Assembly (NCBI RefSeq): GCF_018350175.1
Contig: NC_058382.1
Span: 56,608,001 to 56,672,000, forward strand
Direction of reading: 5' to 3'
DNA: 64,000 bases
From: Felis catus
Taxonomy: Eukaryota
Shown here: positions 1-11,816 of the stretch, piece after piece
Layout: each line of letters opens with the position of its first letter
How positions within the stretch are numbered: position 1 is the first letter of the stretch
Notes under the pieces: generated by a model
Told to the model about the DNA's origin: nothing
The model's database searches: none
What the model saw: only the letters and a program-made list of their open reading frames with translations
Made by a program: the position numbers and the translations under genes

Positions 1-50
1 CCCCCCCCCATCGCTTTCAAAAATAAATAAACATGAAAAATTTTTAAATA
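1..50 (+). mobile_element. 3' tail of a CAN-SINE cut by the window edge
   Basis: tcaaaaataaataaaca tail typical of the SINEs in this window. Confidence 0.55.
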
Positions 51-535
51 AATGTGATGTCTCAAATAGCCTATGATACCACAAAGACATTTTTTTTTAC
101 CCCTTTCTATCCTTGATACCTACTACAGTGTTTCATACAATAGCACGTCCTCAAATATACAAATTGATGGGTAGTTTGATAACGCTAGAGGATCCTGTAC
201 GAGGGAAGGAAACTAAGATGCATAGAGCATCCGTGTGCATGCTGGCATCTGCCTTCTCACTTAATCCCCACAACCAGCCCACAGATGAGGGAGTGGCATC
301 CCCACATTATCGATGAGAAGCCTTAACCTGTGACTGAACTGCGTGTAAGGAGCCCCCCGGGGGTCCAAATCCACATTCTCTGTAGGGCTCCTTCATGTTG
401 CTCATAGTGGGGTAAGAACAGGGTTTCTGTGAGGGTTTCTGAATGAGGCCGAGGAAGGCAAGTAGAGCAACAAGTCCATGACCATGTCTCTGGAATGTCC
501 TCCCAACAACGAGCCCTTAAGAAAGAGCTAAATGA

Positions 536-760
536 GGGGCGCCTGGGTGACGCAGTCGGTTAAGCGTCCGACTTCAGCCAGGTCACGATCTCGCGGTCCG
601 TGAGTTCGAGCCCCGCGTTGGGCTCTGGGCTGATGGCTCAGAGCCTGGAGCCTGTTTCCGATTCTGTGTCTCCCTCTCTCTCTGCCCCTCCTCTGTTCAT
701 GCTCTGTCTCTCTCTGTCCCAAAAATAAAAATAAATAAACGTTGAAAAAAAAAAAAAAGA
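536..760 (+). mobile_element. CAN-SINE (SINEC_Fc-like), full length, young
   Basis: ggggcgcctgggtg head, CT tract, A tail; perfect 17-bp TSD aagaaagagctaaatga at 519-535 and 761-777; CpGs retained. Confidence 0.97.
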
Positions 761-2539
761 AAGAAAGAGCTAAATGAGCTCATGCGTGCCGAATGCTGGG
801 TCTCCTTTTCCCATGGTAAGTGTGCTTGCAACCATAAAGGTTTTTGAAAGTAAAATATACATCACCACCTAGTCACATTCATAGAACCACTTTGGAATGG
901 GAGACACAGGTCACCCATTTGTATTTGTGGTTCCGCAAGGGAGGAGCCCCCTGGGAGTGAGGACAGGGGGTCACATTAGCTCATCACAGGCAGACATCAT
1001 GACTGGAATATACAGATGGCTCAAAATGTTTGTCATCGGTGGTTGTCATCCACTGGCAGGCATGAGTCCCCTTGAGATCTGATAAAGTCTGAACAATCCT
1101 TTCGGTCCCTTTAAGCCATCCACCCACAATTTCAGGACATCAGTGAACCCAGGGAGAGAACTGCAACTTTAGAAAATTCCAAGAACTGTAAACAGTGGAA
1201 ATTTTTAATAAAAAATTCTATAGTTTATATTACCTCTTTTTAAAAGAAAAGTTAACTGTGTTATATAACCAATAGACATGTTTGGAAGAAAAAGGAAAGG
1301 AAACAAACAAAAAAAATCACTTATAAGCCTGCCCTCATACAAAGCTACTGGTTTTCTGTGTCCGATATGTTGACATCTTATTTCACCGTGCACATACAAT
1401 TCTACATTTGGCTTTTGTTACTTAACACATTGTCCCATCAAGCAATTGTAATGGCATTTCACAATCAGTATTTAATCGCAAGTGGTTTAGGATGACATTA
1501 TTGTAATAGTCAAACCCAGAAGCACAGCAGTGCGGGGAGCATTGGTCTCTGTTTTGTCTAAAATTATTTTCGAATCCACTCAATTTTGTGATGTGCATTC
1601 TCTTCCATCTCTTGGTCCCCCGTAAAATGGCTTCAGATCTCACAATCAGAGATGTGCTAAAATGGCACAAGAAGAGTATTCAGTTTTAATGTGATCGCTG
1701 CCTCAGGCCGTAATAAAAACAGGAATTCCCCCCAATTATTATCATCCCTCTCTCCACACTTCATCCTGATAAGACTGAGCAACTTTCATTCCCCACCAGG
1801 CAGCTAATCATCCCTTTGCCAAACTCCCTTTGTAAGCGGAATGGAATCAATTTCGTCGTGCAGTACGGTAGTGGTCCCCAGCTAGAGGTGGGGGTGATCT
1901 CGTCTTGGGGAGAGTCATGGCAAGAGAATTAGCCCCTGAAGCTTAAGGGGAAGTGCTGTCCTCTCCACACGGCCCCTCAGCAGGGGCACCTCCCTGCTCA
2001 TCCTCAAAGCAGCTGGCCCTCGCCTCACCCACCTCATCCCGCTCCCCTCTCTTTCGGTCCTTTGAAAACTTCCTAGAAGTTGGCAGTTCACTTCCCTAAC
2101 AAATACCCACTGGCTAACCTGCTGTGGTTTTATGAAAGTACTTTCCAGAGAGTTACCAAAAATGTCCTAATCACTAAATCTAATAGCTGCTTCTCATATT
2201 TGTTCCGACCTCTCCAGAAGAGCAGTCGTATCTTCCTGAACATCTTTCTTATTTTACTTCCCTCACCTGGCTCACCTGTGGCTACCCCTCAGTTTACCTC
2301 ATTAGGTCGTAAATCGCCATCTTCGCGTAAGCATCCCCCATTACTCAGTAATTCTCCCTAGGTGGCAATCCCCTGCCTGCGGCTTAAACTATACCATCCA
2401 TACTGATGCCTCTCAAAGGAATGGCTTCAAGCTCTGACCTCCTGGATTTGAATTTCCAGCTTCCTATTAGCATCTCCACACAGATGTCCTTGAGGCGCTC
2501 TTACTAGCTTTGAAAAGACAGGCGGAGAAGAGAGGTGGA

Positions 2540-2800
2540 TGAACGCACGGATGCTGAAGCCAGACTGCCTGGGTTTGAGTCCTGGCTTTGCCACTGGCTA
2601 GCGGTGTATCCTTGGGCCACCTGATTAACCTCTCTGTGCCTCAGTTTCCTGATCAGTAAAACGAGCATGAAAATAATACTTGCCTTCTAGGGTTGTGGTG
2701 GTTCTTACAGGATTCTTCTAATTAGTTATACTAAATAGCGTGTGCAGCTCTTTCGAACGGTGCTCGGCGGCACATATTAAATACCCTTGAAGTGTTAGTC
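2540..2800 (+). mobile_element. MIR SINE
   Basis: gccagactgcctgggtttgagtcctggc...ctctgtgcctcagtttcct MIR core. Confidence 0.85.
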
Positions 2801-2829
2801 GTAATAAAACTTAGCAATTTCTTAAATCA

Positions 2830-3070
2830 ATAATATTATCAGCTAACCTTTCCTGAGTGTTACCGAAGTGCCGAACGTGGATTATTTCATTCATCCTTAA
2901 GACGATCCTGTGAAGCACCTACTTTTATTATTCTCACTTTAAAGGTGAGAAACAAACCTGGAGAGGTTAATTAATCAGCTCAAGGACACACAGCTTTCTC
3001 AAGGCCGCATAGTAAGTGGTGGGGCCGTGAGTTGAACCGGGGCAGTCTGTCTTCAGACCCACCCTTCTGG
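2830..3070 (-). mobile_element. MIR SINE
   Basis: antisense MIR core attctcactttaaaggtgagaaac...agaggttaa. Confidence 0.75.
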
Positions 3071-3494
3071 CTGTTCCCTATGCCGCCGCCCTGCTCGATT
3101 GACAAGGTTGAAATCAACACGTTTTCTTCTTTCAACTGCCATCTCCTGTTTTCTCTCCCCTCCCAGAGACCACCCTTATGTCCCCTCCCTCTTTACCTAC
3201 CATTCAGTCAGCACATGCTGCACCCAGGACCTGTGTTTCATCTTTCCCTCTCTGTTCTCACTGCCCCTGACCTGTTGAACCCTCTTCTCTAGCTTAACCT
3301 GCTGTAACCCCCACCCCGTGCTGGCTACCCTCCCTGTGCCGCTACTTAATGGCCCTTCTTTCTCCCCAACAGCACAGTCACTATTTGGGGGGGGGGGGGG
3401 GGAAGAGCCTTTGGCTTTGTAACATTAAAGCAGAGGGGTTACAGGAAACACTTGAACAAGCAAGAAGGATATGTATGTTTTAAGTATTTTTGCA

Positions 3495-3712
3495 GGGGTG
3501 CCTGGGTGGCTCAGTTGGTTAAACGTCTAACTTCAGCTCAGGTCATGATCTCACGGTTCGTGGATTCAAGTCCCACATTGGGCTCTGTGCTGACGGCTCA
3601 GAGCCTGGAGCCTGCTTTGGATTCTGTGTCTTCTTCTCTCTCTGCCCCTCCCTGACTTTCACTCCCTCTCCCTCCCTCTCCCTCTCTCTCTCTCTCAAAA
3701 ATAAACATTTAA
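3495..3712 (+). mobile_element. CAN-SINE
   Basis: ggggtgcctgggtggctcag head, CT tract, aaaataaaca tail. Confidence 0.95.
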
Positions 3713-4114
3713 ACATTTTGCAGCAGCTAGGGAAATTTCAAGGCAGCAGCCCCTGATTCAGACCTATCACCAGAGACTTTTTTCTTATGAATCAGATGGG
3801 CTATAGAGCTCCAATACTGGACTCAGAAGATGTATCCCATTTTTCCTGGCTTTAAGCAATCAGGATTCTCTGTTCTCTTTAAATAAATTCTTCTCTGCTC
3901 TGATGGGTGGCCTGTGATGTCACTGAAAAAAAATATGTGTTTCACAGCAAAATGACTCCAGTCACCCAGAAAGAGAGAGATAATAACTGCTTCTCCCCCC
4001 ACCCCCACCCTAGCATTCCTCTTAACCCCTCAACTTTGAAAACTCCTACATATCCTTCAAAGCCCCGGGATAATGTACCTTTTCTATGAAGACACTTCTT
4101 TCTTTTCAATCATG

Positions 4115-4365
4115 AAGTAGAGCATAGTGGTTAGGAAATGGCTCTGCAGTGACAGCCAAGGTTCAAATTTTTATTATTACTGGTTTTACTATTTATGGGT
4201 TGTGTGACCTTCAATGAGTTAGCACACATATCTGGGCTGTACTTTCCACATCTGGAAAATGGGAGGTTGTACCAGCTCTCGCTTCATATGACTGTTAGGA
4301 AGATTTTTTTTTTAATTATGAAAGGCATTCAGCCTGGCACATGGTAAGTATCCAGTAAGTGTTAA
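4115..4365 (+). mobile_element. MIR SINE
   Basis: gcatagtggttagga...tgtgtgacctt...tggcacatggtaagta. Confidence 0.75.
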
Positions 4366-6130
4366 CCTGCTGAAATTTATAGCCTAAAATAAATACAGAC
4401 ATCCTGGAAAACTATAATGCCCATGACAAGCATTGGATTTTTTTTTTCCAAACTACAAGAGTAGTCTCCATTATTTTGAAAGGAAAAAGCAAGTGTCAGA
4501 CTTTCTGACACTCTTATGGGTCAGTAGATTGTTCCTGCAGCTTGGGGCCAAGGGGACAATATGAGGAGAGTGTGGGGCAGACTTCCAGCTACAAGGTATG
4601 GCTTGATCCAATGTCACCGGCATTTGACTGGATCTCTACAAACCAAGATTTGGTCCAAGAACTCCTTTGAAGAGGAAGTAATGTTAGAACTTGGCCTATG
4701 ATCTCTGCCTCCTGGGAATTAGTTTTTTAAAAGGGGAAAGAGAGAAGCATGATGATAACAGCTATGCTATTGTCATTGCTCTTTTAAGTGACTCACCAGG
4801 TGACAGTCGGAAAGACAGGGATGACAGGAAGAGACTTTACAGTTCAAATTAGAGTGATGGAGTGTTTCCTTTTTCCTTCTTTCCTCTCTGTAAAGGTTAT
4901 TTTCCTTCTTTGGGGAGCTGCAGTCCCATTTGGTAAATGAGGTGTCATATGGAGAATTTTCAACAGATGCTTCTGTTCTGATAGGGAATGGCAAAAGCTC
5001 CCTAAGTTCACGAGACACCTGCAGATGCCACCTAACTGCCTTTATGACACTTCAGTGTTTTCTGGAACAGTGAAGCAGCATGCTGCACCCTGGTGCGATG
5101 AGTGGGACGGGGGCCAAAGGAAGTGACTGCCAGTTTCCCTAAAAGCTGTCCTTTGGCAACGCTGGCCCTTCCCTTCCATAAAACCTGTGGTCAGCTCCAA
5201 CCCATCCCACTCCGCCTTCTGTGGCCAGACTTCTGCCTCCACACAGAGGTTTACTGAGACAACACTCAGTTCCTAATTGATGCCATCTATGTAAGACTTC
5301 TACTTACCTAGCTCAGACACGTCTAGGAGATGCCAGATTATATGTTTCATGTTAATTCCTTTAAACCTAGAAAAGTGTCCTTCATTCATTCATTCATTCA
5401 CCTGTAGGCAGATAGCATAAGCATCCATTGAGTCTGCCGTGTGCCTGATAGTGTCCTAAGGATTGGATACCAGTTAGATGTCTGAGATTCGGTCCCTGAC
5501 TTCCAAGGACTTTGAGGATAGTGGGAAATCCAAGCACATGGATAATGGCAGCTCAAAGGGTACATCCTGTGGTAACAAAGAAGATGTCTTTACCATATTC
5601 CATGTTCTAAACTCTCAGTCTTATGTGGATTCTCATTTAACCTCCTCCGCAACTCAATGAGGTAAATTCTGTTTTTACCTCTTTTCAGATCAGGAAAATG
5701 AACAGGAAAAAAGTTAAGTAATGTGCTTCAGCTCATTGTTCATAGGGGAAGGGCTGGGATTCAAATCCAGTTGTGCCTTCCCTCTGCTCTACATGCCTAC
5801 ATAGTCCAGATATGCTAAGTGGTGTAGTTGCACAAACCAAGAGGCAATCGATCCTACCTTGTAGGCAGGATACAGAAGATCATGAGGAGGCTTTCACAGA
5901 GGTAGTATTTGTTGAGTCCAAAAGGATGAAGTAGGGGTTTCTTGGGAGAAAAGGTATTCCATGCTAGACAACAACTATCTGCTTGCAAATGTATATTTCA
6001 AATGGCAGAGCACCCTGCAGGATTTCAACTGGAAAGGAATCTTGGGGTCAAATTATGATGCATAATTGGTGGCATGCCGAGGGTTCATTCATCACTGTGT
6101 TCTCTAATGCATACACATACTGATGGGAAT

Positions 6131-6275
6131 AAATGATGGGTGGATGGATGGATGGATTGGTGGATGGATGGATGGATAGGTGGAGGGATAGATGGATGAA
6201 TAGATGGATGGATGAATGGATGAATAGATGGATAGATGAATGGATGGATGGATGAATGGATGGTTGGTTGGGTGA
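6131..6275 (+). repeat. (GGAT/GAAT)n tetranucleotide simple repeat
   Basis: tggatggatgaatagatgg array seen directly. Confidence 0.95.
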
Positions 6276-6349
6276 AGTATTCTGACCTTCCACATATGGT
6301 ACACATAAAAGTTAATTCAATTAATCATTTAGTGCATATAAATATTGGC

Positions 6350-6836
6350 AATTAGCTAGCTATGGGTTCAATTGTGCTGCTAGAGACCTACAGTATATAG
6401 TAACTTAAAGTGAGAGAAGTGTATCTCTCTCCTCTCTCCTGGAACAGCCAAGTGGCAGAGAAGTTTAGGTCAAATATGGTAGCTCCATGGGGTTGGAACC
6501 TACCTTGCTTCAGTATTGTTGCTCAGCTAAAGCTGGGTACTTCCCTCATCTGCATGGTCCATGATGGTTGAATACCACATTCAAATTCCAGAAATCAGGA
6601 GAAGGAGGGAGTCAAGGGCTGGGCTTTTAAAGGAATAGCACAGACATTGTACACCATAATTGTATTTACATTTTATTGGCCAAAGTTTAATCATATGAAC
6701 ACAGCTAGCTGCAAGGGAATCTGGAAAATGAAATATTTTCATTTTATGTACAGCCACCTATCAGTCTGAAAATTGTATTATTATGGAAGAAAGGGAGGGA
6801 GAACATATGTAGAGCAAACCAGTTATTTCTGCCACT
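6350..6836 (-). mobile_element. MLT1-type (ERVL-MaLR) solo LTR
   Basis: cattttattggcca...agctagctgcaagggaatctggaaaatg motif of antisense MLT1; ends ttctgccac. Confidence 0.7.
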
Positions 6837-6949
6837 ACTTGTATATATGATCCCCAGTAATGTTGGTGGCTTATATAGTACCAAGTATGCACCACTCCCT
6901 GATTGGATAGAAGAGATATCAGGAGCAGGACTCCAAATTCTATACTGAT

Positions 6950-7860
6950 AGGAATTGAACCAGGTCTTACAGAGACAACATACTCTACCAATCACAGGTA
7001 TTACAATTACAGGTAATACCAATCACAAGTATTACATACTCTACCAATAATAATACCTAACATTTATTGACCCGGTAACATCTGTCAGCCGCTGTGCTTA
7101 TCACTGTACATTGACTAGGCCAAAGTGCTATTAGATTCCTATTATACCAATGAAGATACTGAGGCCTTAAAGGACTAAGTGTCTTGTCTGAGGTCATAGA
7201 GTTAGGAAGCAGTGGAGACAGGACGCATTTCTCGGCTGGAACAGCCATACACTATAGTTTAAGGATATATTTGGGCCATGCATTGGTACTGATAATCATC
7301 TCCTGGCATCACCCACCATAACTTTTACACTGGACCATGCATCACACAGGATTATGGCTGTACCATTTTTCTATACAGAGTGGAAGTTACTCAACCCCAC
7401 TCCTGATAAGCTGTCCCAAACCTGCAGTACTGTATGAGGTGATTTCAGTGATAACTTACCCCAAGGCATTCCCAGCGGTATCCTGATATGGTGGTTATAT
7501 ACTAAGAAATATATATTTAAAAGGCATTTTTCTCTGGTTATTTCTTCCCAGCAGGTGAGAAGTCATCTAAAATTATTGGACATTTTACCACCAATCCAAA
7601 TAAAGTGTATTGCACACTCAGCTCTACATAATAACAGGAATTTCTTTTCTCTGAGTAGTCCAATCTTTTGTAAAAGGTCTTTTTAGTTCTGAATGCTATA
7701 TACCTACATTCCAGCTTGAGAGAATTGATGCCTCAGATTTCATCTTGGGAGGTAGGTTAACTAGACATCCATTTCAAAAAATTATATTTAAATAGAGGAC
7801 AGGGAATTTCCTACTACAGATGGACAGAATAAAAAATATATACTAGAAAAGAAACTGTTA
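6950..7860 (+). mobile_element. Degenerate Ty3/Gypsy pol fossil, RT and RNase H portion (interrupted by a MIR)
   Basis: Manual translation: ELNQVLQ (6952-6972) / GYI (7263); frameshifted SP(W)ASP (7299-7314); FTLDHAS..GLW (7324-7357, cf. TLDLASGYWQ); LQYCM...YPDMVVIY (7422-7502, cf. FQRxM...YLDDVVIY); PTFQLERIDASDFILGGRL (7703-7759, cf. PFxLETDASDFAxGAVL); ISYYR (7806); LEKKLL (7843-7860, cf. EKELL). Stops and frameshifts throughout. Confidence 0.75.
7045..7250 (-). mobile_element. MIR SINE inserted in the Gypsy fossil
   Basis: aataatacctaacatttattga...gatactgaggcc...aggtcatagagttaggaag. Confidence 0.75.
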
Positions 7861-9119
7861 TGGTCAGGGCATGGAGCTGGGTGCTGTAAATGTTACAAAT
7901 TAAAATGAAGCTTGACCCCAGCCTCAAGGAACTAAATTGAGCTGTCACATCCCTACCAAAGAATTGTACAGGTGATTAGAAACACCACTGGGACAGCCAC
8001 CAGGTGAGCGCATCAATTAAAGTCAGTGTGTAATTTGGAGCAGGATGCCTGGCTGGACACAGATTTGGAAAATCAGAAGTAGTTGGAGTCTCAAGCAGCT
8101 TTTAGGCACAGAGATTAACGCTGGTTCATTAAGAAACAATTCAGCACCAAGGATAGCTCCCTGCAAAGCTATTGTTCCAAGAACTCTGGGGATGCAGCCT
8201 CCAGGGATGTTGTCAGTAGACTCTATTCTCCACCAGGTTCATCGTTCAAGGGTTCTCACATGATAATGTGTGCACACGACTCAGCACATGTTAGGTGCAG
8301 ATTGAATGGCACACGTTAACATTATCATCACTGTTTCAGGGACTGCCGTGCCTTCAGCCTTGGCCGGAGGCTCCACCAAGAGCGTCATTCTGTTGTCATC
8401 AGCAAATTTGTCATATAACGTTCACTTTCTTTCATGATGCAAACATGGATAAAGGATAGGAGAAAACAAAAATTCGTAGAATGCTACAAGGGTTATGAAA
8501 TAGTCAAAGGAAAAGTAAGTAATGTCACTCTGTCAGTTCCTCAAATGAAGATAACAACAGGAAGCACTATAACCATTGAAAAATGTAGAAAGGAAAGTGG
8601 GAAGGCAAAAAAAAAAAAAGATATGAATTTTTTATTGGAGTTGAACATTTTACACACCGTCCACTTCCGAAGGGACAGAGGGAAAGCAAATTCTTTGTTA
8701 AGAAAATTGAGATCGCTAGGAAATGGGTCCCACTGATGCCTGTCCCCTGCTGTCTCCTGCCCTGGAGAGCCCAGTGTTACTGCATGAGTGGGGGTTCCTG
8801 TGGATGGCCCCAGCCCAATCAACCCATTATAGCTTTATGGTTTACTTCACAGTGATTAAGGAAAGAAGTAAGGTTTGGAAGTTCCTTACGTGTAGGTGGT
8901 AGTAAAAGCTGTGGGAGAGGATAGAATTAATAAGGGAGAATTTGAAGGGAAGTGAGAATAAAAGCCGCACACAGAAGCTGGAGGGGGGGGGGCACTCATA
9001 TTTTGGGATGAGGGGAGGAGAAGGAACTGGTTAAAAACCCTTCCAGAGAAGTAAAAGCTCAGGACAGTCCAGGATCAGTGAAGCCAAGGGAAGAATAAAC
9101 ACCAAGAAGAGGGCTGATT

Positions 9120-9635
9120 GGTTAGGCTACACTGAGCTGCAAGGAAAGGAATCCAACTTACAGTAGATTATACAATAAATACATTGAGCGAATTCATATA
9201 ATGTGGCAGCAGGTAGGCAGTTAAGGATAGGTCAACAGCTCTCATCCTGTCATGGCAAAAATAAGCTCTCTGTACCCTTCTACTTCATCGTCCTCAGAAT
9301 CTTGGTTTTTTGCCCTTGTAGTTGTTACCTAATGGTTGCAAGGCAGCTGCTGCCGCTCCAGACACATCAAAATTTCATTGAAGGGGAATCAGGTGCGAGT
9401 AGGAAGTGGAGAAAAGGTTCGAGGCCCTCTCTTCTTCTGTCAGCGAAGAAAATTCTTTCCAGAAGTTCCTCCAGACTTTCCATGACTTTTAATTATCCAG
9501 GACCAATCACACGGCCACCCCTCCATGCAGAAGTGAATAGAGATGTCTCTGGCTTTTCTGGGCTCTATTATTAGTGTGCAGTAGGAAGGAAACTGTTGGA
9601 AAAGGGCTTTGTGACAACCAACAAGACTAACTGTA
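9120..9635 (-). mobile_element. MLT1-type solo LTR
   Basis: atggttgcaaggcagctgctg...ctttccagaagttcc...atcacacggccaccc MLT1 antisense motifs. Confidence 0.65.
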
Positions 9636-9750
9636 TCAATGTGATTCCTGGCATTGTGATGCTTTTTCTGGGGTTAACTCTTAAATAAGCTGATTAAATT
9701 GTCAAGATGACCCAGAGCTCCTCCTCATAAAATCAGGAAACAAGGTTTTG

Positions 9751-10466
9751 GCAGTTCTCAACCAGGATGTTTTGGCTCTTAGAATTGATGGCATTTCTTA
9801 GTTGTTAAAAACTATCACCATGTGAACATGCATTTCACTCATGTTTTTCCGACATAAAAATTAGATCGTGACTCATTTATAGTAGGGGTCTTAGTTTTTA
9901 AGAATCAGTCATTCAGAGAAGTTAGTAAATTTTGTGAATTGATAGTAGAGCTACTTAGCTGAGAATTTATGTATAGTATGAAGGTTGTTTTCCCTCTCAG
10001 TTGAATATTCTAGGACCTCAGGATTTTTCCACAATACTGCTTTCCATGAGTTATAGTATACTGTGTAAAACTAATTTGTTTTGAAGATGTTCTATCATTG
10101 AGCTAAAAAGCTCTTTGACAGCTGACAAACCAGTGCCATTTCATACTATGTTTAGTAGACCTTCAGTGAGTTTTGGTCATGATGAACTAGAGTATCCATG
10201 ATTCTAAGTTGAGCCAATAGTTTCAGAAAAAAATGATGGCCTGGGAAAATCTTCAAGATGATGAATCGGCTGTTTTGTTTTGTTTTTTTAATAGTATTAA
10301 CACTTCTAATGTCAAACAGAATAGATTTTAATTTCTTGCATGAATTAATTAATACTTATGATAAATTCCTTTAAAACTCTTTCTGGTGTCTGATGAAAAA
10401 TGGCAGTTCTTCAGATCTATTAATTTCTTTTAAAACAGAAAAGCCGAAAAAAGTTGAATCACTCTG
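9751..10466. mobile_element. Putative hAT-Charlie-type DNA transposon fossil
   Basis: Ends resemble degenerate Charlie TIRs (cagttctcaacc ... agttgaatcactctg) around an AT-rich interior. Confidence 0.45.
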
Positions 10467-10494
10467 CTAAGGTGATCTGTGAGTTAAAGAATGT

Positions 10495-10545
10495 TTGACT
10501 TCTGCCCGGACCTCTAAATTCATGGAATCATTTGCTGACACGACA
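10495..10545 (+). mobile_element. Gypsy integrase core N-terminal fragment
   Basis: DF (10497) then frameshifted GPLNSWNHLLT (10508-10540), cf. DFxGPLPxSxxGNxYLL; same strand as and downstream of the RT/RNase H fragment. Confidence 0.5.
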
Positions 10546-11770
10546 GCTCACCTGCATGTCTAATGGGATTATACCTCAGTATAATTGGAAACCCCTGCCC
10601 CCACAAAACCTAGGAAGAGTCCTTGTTTCTTCACTTTTCTTCATGTTCTATATCCAATGCATCCAAAATATATCTTAAATCTTCTCCCTATCCCGTCTAT
10701 GGTTGTGTTAATCCCAGTTGCATCATCCCTCATCTGGATTATTATGGTTAACAGTCCTTTCTCCACACTGAAAAATCTCCTCCTCAAAATATAAATCAGA
10801 TGATGGCACTCCCTGCTGAAACCCTTGAATGGCTTCCCATTGCCCACAGAGTAAAATCCTAGTCCTTTTCTGGGGCTCAGAAAGCCAACCTCCCAGTCAT
10901 CATTCTTTCCTCTACTATAAGCTCCTTGCATGTACATGTTCTCTGTTGCACTCACAAAATGCACCCTGGTTCAGGACCCTTGCCCTGGCTGTCCCCTCAG
11001 CCTCCCTCTACCCCTTCCCATCTTTACCTGCTGGCCTCTTTCTTGTCTTTGAGGCCTTGGTTTAAATATCTCATCAGACAGCCCACCTCGACTACTTGTG
11101 CTGGAAATTTTCCCTCTGGATGCACCCTCCACCCTTGGTAACCCTGTTAGGTGCTACAGGTAAGTGACCTGTGTGTGTTGGATCAGTGGGCTCCCTTGCC
11201 CTACCTATATCCCTGTGGGGCCACTGCTGCCCAGCTATGTCCCTTAACCACAGGTCATGGCTGCTACCCAGCAGCCTTCCCCCATCCCCCTCTTTATTCC
11301 CACCCCCACTCCTCCTTTCCATTTGTTTCTTTCCTCCTCCTTCCTCTCTCCCTTTCCCCTCTTCCTTTCCCCCTTCCTCCCATTCGTTCCTGATAACCAT
11401 TCTGGTTCTAGAATGGTGAGTGTTAACCATGCTTGTGTTTTCCTTATATTTTCCCCCACATATTTACAAATGGTCCCCTTATGTACTCCTCTCAAAGTAT
11501 CCCTTTCTGAGTGTGCCACATTATTTCTTTTGGGGACTCTTACTCATATGCTATGTAAAAAAAAAAAAAAAAAAAAAAAAGGAAAGTCTTTGTTACTCTC
11601 TTTCATGTCATCCCATTTTAACTCTTTACATATGTATCTGTTTTTTTCCTGATTGTTTGTTTGTTAAGTATCTCCTCCCATGGGAATGCAGCTACCAAGA
11701 GAGAAAATATCTTATCTGTCTTGTTCATCGCTGTGTTTCTCCCCAGTGCCTAGAAGTTAATATTTGACCC
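10545..11770 (+). mobile_element. L2 LINE 3' fragments with a pyrimidine-rich insert and poly-A
   Basis: aatggcttcccattgccc, tgccctggctgtcccctc, tctgtcttgttcatcgctgt...ccagtgcctag L2 3' motifs. Confidence 0.7.
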
Positions 11771-11816
11771 AAGTTGCATGTTCATAAATGTTAAAAACAT
11801 TAAGGATGGTGTGTAG

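Noticed and set aside
536..620. tRNA-like A/B boxes
   Set aside because: SINE head derived from tRNA, not a tRNA gene; same for all CAN-SINEs here.
4492..4512. 9-bp perfect hairpin agtgtcaga-ctt-tctgacact
   Set aside because: Stem length is near chance expectation in 64 kb.
5091..5108. tggtgcgatgagtgggac as a primer-binding site
   Set aside because: Only loose resemblance to a tRNA 3' complement and no preceding LTR CA end.
6048..6306. IHPS-repeat ORFs
   Set aside because: Translations of (ATCC)n.
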